From NCBI GenBank assembly GCA_036566005.1, contig DATCXD010000609.1:1-30061 (forward strand): a DNA stretch of 30,061 nt. The letters run 5' to 3'. This stretch comes from Micromonosporaceae bacterium. Lineage in GTDB: Bacteria > Actinomycetota > Actinomycetes > Mycobacteriales > Micromonosporaceae. Below are positions 24,895-30,061 of this stretch, piece by piece; the stretch's first letter is position 1; the number at the start of each line of letters is the position of its first letter. Below the pieces are notes generated by a model. That model saw nothing but the letters and a program-made list of their open reading frames with translations, did not search any database and was not told the origin of the DNA. The position numbers were made by a program, and so were the translations under genes.

Positions 24895-25947
24895 GTGACC
24901 GAACCGAGCAAGATGACGATCCTGGACGTCGCCCGGCTGGCGGGCGTGTCACGGTCGACGGTTTCGCGGGTGATGAATGGAAAGGACGACGTTCGCACCG
25001 AGGTGCGCGCCAGGGTGCTCCAGGTCATCGATGAGACTGGGTTCCGGCCCAGTGCCACAGCGCGGTCACTGGTGTCCCGACGAACGGGTGTCCTCGGGTT
25101 GGTCATCCCATGGCGTGTGTCGCAACTCCTAGAAGACCCTTACTTCGTCGGTCTGATTCGGGGCGTTAGCCGAGCCAGTAACGCCGCCGGCACCACGCTT
25201 TCGCTATTCCTTTTCGAGACCGAAGATGAGGAGCGTGAGCTGTACCGACGTGTCGTGGCGCCGCGGCTAGTCGACGGCCTCGTGCTGGTTGCGCTACGCA
25301 AGGACGACCCACTCCTCGACGAGGTTGCCAACAGCGGCCTCCCCGTGGTGTCGCTGGGTCGCGTGATGCACCGCGATGACGTCAGCTGGGTGGACGTCGA
25401 AAACTTCGACGGCTCGCGGCGCGCGGTGCAACACCTCGTCGGCCTCGGCCACACCAGAATCGCGGCGATCGCGGCTCCCCAGCAAATGATCGCGGGCATC
25501 GATCGCTACGACGGGTTCACCGAAGGCATGCGCGAGGCCGGTCTAGACCCCGAACTCGTAGAATTCGCTGACTGGTCGGGCGACGGCGGTTACGCAGCAA
25601 TGCGCAAGCTTCTGCATCATCGGCCAACTGCCGTGGTTGTCGCCTCAGACACTATGGCAATGGGCGCCCTGCGGGCGGTCACCGACAGTGGCCTGTCCGT
25701 TCCAGACGATCTGGCAGTCGTCGGTTTCGATGGCCTGCCGGCGTCAGAGACATCCAGCCCGTCCCTTACGACGCTGCGCCAGCCGATACCCCAGATCGGA
25801 GAGACGCTGATCAAAATCCTCCTGGACCAGATCGATACAGAGACCCGCGAACCCGTCAGGAAGCTGATACCAACCGAATTGATCATCCGGGAATCAAGCG
25901 GCTCTTCTCATACGGCCGGACCACGTACAACGGCGGGTGACCGGTAG
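24895..25947 (+). CDS. LacI-family transcriptional repressor
   Basis: TILDVARLAGVSRSTVSRVMNG HTH, ARSLVSRRT hinge, and sugar-binding domain ending VVGFDG...PSLTTLRQP...TELIIRES. Confidence 0.95.
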   Translation: MTEPSKMTILDVARLAGVSRSTVSRVMNGKDDVRTEVRARVLQVIDETGFRPSATARSLVSRRTGVLGLVIPWRVSQLLEDPYFVGLIRGVSRASNAAGTTLSLFLFETEDEERELYRRVVAPRLVDGLVLVALRKDDPLLDEVANSGLPVVSLGRVMHRDDVSWVDVENFDGSRRAVQHLVGLGHTRIAAIAAPQQMIAGIDRYDGFTEGMREAGLDPELVEFADWSGDGGYAAMRKLLHHRPTAVVVASDTMAMGALRAVTDSGLSVPDDLAVVGFDGLPASETSSPSLTTLRQPIPQIGETLIKILLDQIDTETREPVRKLIPTELIIRESSGSSHTAGPRTTAGDR

Positions 25948-26047
25948 CGGCCCCGGCCGCGTAACCGTGCCGTCGCGAGCAGGTTCAACGGTGGCCACGC
26001 CCAGACTTAAGCCGCTTGCCGCGTTCCGGCAACGCAAGGAGTGTTCC

Positions 26048-27475
26048 ATGACCGCTGCAGGGATCAGCTCGGACGGCGTCTTCTCGTTCCCAGCCGGCTT
26101 CACCTGGGGCGCGGCGACGGCCGCTTACCAGATTGAAGGTGGGGCGGCGGCCGACGGTCGCGGCCCGTCCATTTGGGACACCTTCTGCCGCGTACCGGGC
26201 AATGTCCGGCGGGGCGCGACCGGAGACGTTGCGTGTGACTCCTACCACCGCTATCGCGAGGATGTAGCGCTACTCGCGGAACTCGGCTTGACCGGGTACC
26301 GGTTTTCGATCTCGTGGCCACGCGTACAGCCAGGCGGATCCGGACCTGTGAACCAGAAGGGCCTCGACTACTACCGGGCGCTCTTGGACGAACTCGCGGC
26401 GAACGACATCGCCGCCGCGGTCACGCTCTATCACTGGGACCTGCCGCAAGAGCTTCAGGATGTTGGGGGCTGGGCAGTTCGTGCTACGGCCGAACGGTTC
26501 GCTGAGTATGCGATGCTCATGGCCGGCCAACTCGGTGACCGGGTCTCGCGCTGGATCACGCTGAACGAGCCGCAGGTGGTGGTGAGTCACGGCTACCGCG
26601 AGGGCGTGCACGCTCCTGGCATTGCTGACGATGCGGCGGCCGCAGCCGCGACGCATCATCTGCTGCTGGCGCACGGTATGGCGGTGCAGGCGTTGCGCAG
26701 CGTGAATGGCGCGACGCCGGTCGGCATCACCCTCGACATGCACCCGGTCCGGCTGGTCGACGGTGCGCAGCCGGAAAGCCTCGAACCAGCCAGGCGGGCC
26801 ACCGACGCCGAGCTCAACGGTCTACTCCTGGAGCCAATCCTGCACGGCCGGTACCCCGAGCACGCGCGGACCGCGCTGCTACCGGCACCGGAGCTGATCG
26901 CCGACGGCGACCTCGCCATGATCAGCCAGCCAGTCGACTTTCTCGGCGTGAACTACTACTCGCCTGTGTTCCTGCGCGCCGGCGACCCGCACGACCTGCG
27001 GCGCTACGAGGAGCCCGCGCGCTGCCGGTTGCCAGGCGTCGTGGAGTACCGGCCAGCCGACCTCGATCGCACCGCGATGGATTGGCTGGTTGACCCAGAG
27101 GGACTGTATGAGCTGCTGCTCCAGATATCTGACGCGGCGCCCGGACTGCCCCTGTACATAACCGAAAACGGTTGCGCATCGGAGGACTACGTCGACGCCA
27201 GCGGCGCGGTCAACGACGTCGACCGGATCGACTACTTGCACCAGCACCTCGTGGCTGCGGCTCGGGCTCTCAAGGCCGGGGTCAACCTGGCCGGGTACTA
27301 CGTCTGGTCGCTGCTCGACAACTTCGAGTGGGCGTGGGGCTACCAGCGGCGGTTCGGCATCGTGTTTGTCGATTTCGAGACACAGCGGCGGATACCCAAG
27401 CAAAGCGCGACGTTCTATACCAACGTCGTTCGCGCCAACGCCGTGCCGCCTTTCCCACTGGACGCCGTCGTCTGA
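26048..27475 (+). CDS. bglA: GH1 beta-glucosidase (475 aa)
   Basis: FTWGAATAAYQIEG, YRFSISWPR, TLYHWDLPQ, TLNEP (acid/base), YITENG (nucleophile) and WSLLDNFEW. AAGGAG RBS before ATG 26048. Confidence 0.95.
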   Translation: MTAAGISSDGVFSFPAGFTWGAATAAYQIEGGAAADGRGPSIWDTFCRVPGNVRRGATGDVACDSYHRYREDVALLAELGLTGYRFSISWPRVQPGGSGPVNQKGLDYYRALLDELAANDIAAAVTLYHWDLPQELQDVGGWAVRATAERFAEYAMLMAGQLGDRVSRWITLNEPQVVVSHGYREGVHAPGIADDAAAAAATHHLLLAHGMAVQALRSVNGATPVGITLDMHPVRLVDGAQPESLEPARRATDAELNGLLLEPILHGRYPEHARTALLPAPELIADGDLAMISQPVDFLGVNYYSPVFLRAGDPHDLRRYEEPARCRLPGVVEYRPADLDRTAMDWLVDPEGLYELLLQISDAAPGLPLYITENGCASEDYVDASGAVNDVDRIDYLHQHLVAAARALKAGVNLAGYYVWSLLDNFEWAWGYQRRFGIVFVDFETQRRIPKQSATFYTNVVRANAVPPFPLDAVV

Positions 27476-27563
27476 GGCGGCCTTGAGCACAGCTTCGTGC
27501 CTCTGCTGTCGACAAGTGGCGCCGCTCGCAATCAGTGTGTTGCCGTCGATGCGCCCGCCCTAC

Positions 27564-28259
27564 CTACGGCTCCCAGCCCAGCAGGCGGACCTCACTGACA
27601 GTGCGGACATGTCGGCGCATCGCGCTGGCGGCGGCGCGCGCATCGCCGGCGCGGACGGCGTCGGCGATGCGCTGATGCTGGCCGAGTGAGCGAAGCGGTC
27701 GACCGGACTGCCGCAGGGACTCCTGCCGGCTCTCGGCGATCTGTTCTGCGATGGAGCGCATGAACTGGGCGAGCAGGGAGCTGCGTGCGGCGGCCGTCAC
27801 CGCGGCGTGGAAACGCCGGTCGCCATCGATGCCGAACTCGCCCGCGTCGATCTGGCTCCGCATGTCCGCGAGCGCCGCGTCGATCTCGACCAGATCGTCG
27901 GACGTACGCCGCCGGGCCGCCAGCTCGGCAAGCTTGGTCTCCAGCGCCTCCCTGGCCTCCAGGACGTCGGGTAGCCGGCGCTTGCGGTCAACCAGTGTCT
28001 CTACCGGTTCCACCAAAAGGCTGTCGTGCCGCAGGTAAGTACCGCCGCCGTGCCGGACGTCGACCAGCCCCTGCACCTCCAGCACGACGATTGCTTGCTT
28101 GATCGACACGCGGCTAACCCCGAGGCGCGCGGCCAACTCCCGCTCGGGTGGCAGACGATCGCCGGTGTGTAGGCCCTCATCCGTTACATATGCCCGCAAT
28201 TGCTCCACGACCTGCTCATACAACCTTTGCCGACTGACCGGTCGTAGCACTTCGGACAC
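27564..28259 (-). CDS. GntR/FadR-subfamily regulator (MatR-like position), 231 aa
   Basis: RLYEQVVEQL...GDRLPPERELAARLGVSRVSIKQA...GGGTY HTH, plus FCD domain (DRRFHAAV, HQRIADAV). GGAGG RBS before GTG 28259. Confidence 0.93.
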   Translation of the reverse strand: MSEVLRPVSRQRLYEQVVEQLRAYVTDEGLHTGDRLPPERELAARLGVSRVSIKQAIVVLEVQGLVDVRHGGGTYLRHDSLLVEPVETLVDRKRRLPDVLEAREALETKLAELAARRRTSDDLVEIDAALADMRSQIDAGEFGIDGDRRFHAAVTAAARSSLLAQFMRSIAEQIAESRQESLRQSGRPLRSLGQHQRIADAVRAGDARAAASAMRRHVRTVSEVRLLGWEP

Positions 28260-28298
28260 GACGAACCTCCGCTTCGATGACGCGCAGTGAGTGTACAG

Positions 28299-28369
28299 AA
28301 TTGGCCTAGCCAATCTGTGTCGTGGTCTTGACATGTGACGACGAGAGGCTGCAGAGTGGCCCAACCAAT
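28299..28369. promoter_or_regulatory. Two FadR-type (PdhR/LldR-like) operators flanking a promoter
   Basis: AATTGGCCTAGCCAAT (28299-28314, perfect 6-bp arms) and AGTGGCCCAACCAAT (28355-28369). TTGACA (28328-28333) - 18 nt - CAGAGT (28352-28357) lies between them. Confidence 0.7.
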
Positions 28370-28407
28370 AAGCCACTATGCCACTCGTGAGCGTCTGGAG
28401 GTTCCCG

Positions 28408-29922
28408 GTGACCGGAGGCGATTCGCGCCTGCTGCCGCTCGTGGCAGAGCCCACCGACCGGCCGGCGGTGCGTTTCGGCGACCGCGAGCTGACCTACCGC
28501 GAGCTGACCGCCGCCGCCGGAGCATTGTCGGCTTCGCTGCGGCCGGCCGGCCGGGTCGCGGTCTGGGCGACGTCGACGGCGGAGACGGTGGTCGCCGTCG
28601 TGGGCGCGCTGATCGCCGGTGTCCCGGTGGTGCCGCTGAATCCGCGCGCCGGCGAGCGCGAGTTGGCCCACATCCTCGCCGACGCCGACCCGTACCTCGT
28701 GCTTCACGGCCCCGACATCGAGTTGCCGCCGGCCGTACAGGACCGGGCCTGCCTGGCGGTCAACGTGCCGGCGCCTGGCGCACCCGCTACCACCGGCGCA
28801 GCGGCCCGGATCGCCGAACCACCCGCCGATAGCCCGGCCATCATCGTCTACACGTCGGGCACGACCGGCCCCCCGAAGGGAGTGGTGCTGCCCCGGCGGG
28901 CTATCGCAAGCAACCTCGACGCGCTGGCCGAGGCCTGGAGTTGGACCGCGGACGACGTAGTCGCGCACGCCCTGCCGCTGTTTCACGTACACGGGCTGAT
29001 CCTCGGGGTGCTCGGCCCGCTGCGGCGCGGTGGGGCGGTGCATCACCTCGGCCGGTTCTCGGCGTCCGCGGTCGCCGGGGCGCTGTGTGGGAGCGCCACC
29101 GTGCTGTTCGCGGTACCGACCATGTACCACCGGCTGGCCATCGAGGCGCAAACCGATCCGGCGCTCGCGGCCGCGCTGGCGCGGGCACGGCTTTTGGTGT
29201 CCGGTTCGGCGGCGCTGCCAAGGGTCGACCACGAACGCATCACCCGGGTCACCGGCCAGCGGGTGGTCGAGCGGTACGGCATGACCGAGACGCTGATGAT
29301 CTGCGCGATGCGGGCGGACGGCGACCGTCGGCCCGGCACCGTCGGGCCACCGCTTTCCGGTGTGGCGGTCAAGTTGATCGACGACGACTCGCGAACCATC
29401 GCGACAAGCGACGACGAGACCGTCGGTGAGATCGCGCTACGCGGGCCGAACCTCTTTCTCGAGTACCTCAACCGGCCCGACGCCACCGCGTCGGTGATGC
29501 GCGACGGCTGGTTTCACACCGGGGACCTCGCGACCCGCGGTGCCGACGGCTACCTACGCATCGTCGGGCGGCGCGCCACCGACCTCATCAAGAGTGGCGG
29601 CTTCAAGATCGGGGCAGGTGAGATCGAGAACATCCTGCTCGAGCATCCCGGCGTCGCCGAGGCGGCGGTCACCGGCGCACCCGACCCCGACCTCGGCGAA
29701 CGGATCGTGGCCTGGATCGTGCCGGCGGATGGCGACCGGCCAGAACCGGTCGAGCTGGCCGACCGGGTCGCTGACCTGCTCGCACCGCACAAGCGCCCCC
29801 GGGAGTTCCACTTCCTTGAGCGGTTGCCCCGCAACGCCATGGGCAAGGTCATGAAGCGCGCGTTGATACCGCCGGAACCCGGCGACGAGGTTCGGCCCGG
29901 CGATGAGGTACGGCATGGCTAG
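28408..29922 (+). CDS. matB: Malonyl-CoA synthetase (MatB-like acyl-CoA ligase), about 504 aa
   Basis: YTSGTTGPPKG, LPLFHVHGL, VERYGMTET, GWFHTGD, DLIKSGGFKIGAGEIE and PRNAMGKV. Colinear with my recollection of Streptomyces coelicolor MatB from RPAVRFGDRELTY onward. GGAGG RBS before GTG 28408. Confidence 0.82.
   Translation: MTGGDSRLLPLVAEPTDRPAVRFGDRELTYRELTAAAGALSASLRPAGRVAVWATSTAETVVAVVGALIAGVPVVPLNPRAGERELAHILADADPYLVLHGPDIELPPAVQDRACLAVNVPAPGAPATTGAAARIAEPPADSPAIIVYTSGTTGPPKGVVLPRRAIASNLDALAEAWSWTADDVVAHALPLFHVHGLILGVLGPLRRGGAVHHLGRFSASAVAGALCGSATVLFAVPTMYHRLAIEAQTDPALAAALARARLLVSGSAALPRVDHERITRVTGQRVVERYGMTETLMICAMRADGDRRPGTVGPPLSGVAVKLIDDDSRTIATSDDETVGEIALRGPNLFLEYLNRPDATASVMRDGWFHTGDLATRGADGYLRIVGRRATDLIKSGGFKIGAGEIENILLEHPGVAEAAVTGAPDPDLGERIVAWIVPADGDRPEPVELADRVADLLAPHKRPREFHFLERLPRNAMGKVMKRALIPPEPGDEVRPGDEVRHG
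29878..29913 (+). repeat. 18-nt tandem duplication at the matB 3' end
   Basis: CCCGGCGACGAGGTTCGG / CCCGGCGATGAGGTACGG (16/18 identical), encoding PGDEVR-PGDEVR. Confidence 0.8.
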
Positions 29923-30061
29923 CATGACGTGCCCGGCCGGCGAGCGTTCCGGTGCGCGCGCGGCGATCGCGCTGCTCGCCACCGGGTTCGTCGCGTTCCC
30001 GCCGGCCGGGGGGTCCAGCGAGCCGGGCGATGGCCCGCTGGATTGGCCGGGCTACGGCCGA
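29915..30061 (+). CDS. Acyl-CoA carboxyltransferase domain protein (MatA/AccD-like), N-terminal part only
   Basis: Frame is open to the window end: MASMTCPAGERSGARAAIALLATGFVAFPPAGGSSEPGDGPLDWPGYGR. The DGPLxWxGY motif is typical of the carboxyltransferase gene that follows matB in Streptomyces. It overlaps the matB stop and has a GAGG RBS. Confidence 0.65.
   Translation, partial: MASMTCPAGERSGARAAIALLATGFVAFPPAGGSSEPGDGPLDWPGYGR

Noticed and set aside
27600-27689. Short + strand peptide MSAHRAGGGARIAGADGVGDALMLAE
   Set aside because: It is the antisense reading of the FadR FCD domain.
1-30061. Mobile elements, rRNA/tRNA, prophage or anti-phage defence genes
   Set aside because: No transposase, integrase, terminal inverted repeats, tRNA cloverleaf, rRNA signature or known defence domain was recognised.

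Overview
High-GC actinobacterial chromosomal window, densely coding, with no recognisable rRNA, tRNA, CRISPR array, transposase or integrase. From left to right it contains: (1) a conserved hypothetical gene (partial) and a minus-strand pair encoding a stand-alone FIST (NosP-like) sensor and a GAF-GAF-GGDEF-EAL c-di-GMP enzyme; (2) a divergent GH26 lipoprotein and a DapC-like PLP aminotransferase; (3) a 45-aa Asp/Asn/Gly-repeat small ORF and a classical SDR; (4) a PadR repressor divergent from an SDR whose catalytic Ser and Tyr are replaced, separated by 14-bp-periodic ACATGT arrays; (5) a cell-envelope block with a GT-C (ArnT/PMT-like) glycosyltransferase, two mycothiol-dependent DinB/MDMPI proteins, a polyprenol-phosphate-mannose synthase, a membrane protein plus short PadR, a second 14-bp-periodic array (TA[C/G]TA x7), an Rv1086-like cis-prenyltransferase, a one-Cys redoxin and an MmpL transporter; (6) a Bxl-like oligosaccharide ABC transporter with a GH120 beta-xylosidase, LacI repressor and GH1 beta-glucosidase, preceded by a clear promoter and operator; (7) a FadR-type regulator divergent from a MatB-like malonyl-CoA synthetase and the start of a carboxyltransferase gene. 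Family assignments come from motif recognition and recalled homologues, not from database searches. Many start codons were moved from the ORF-track calls using RBS and homologue evidence.
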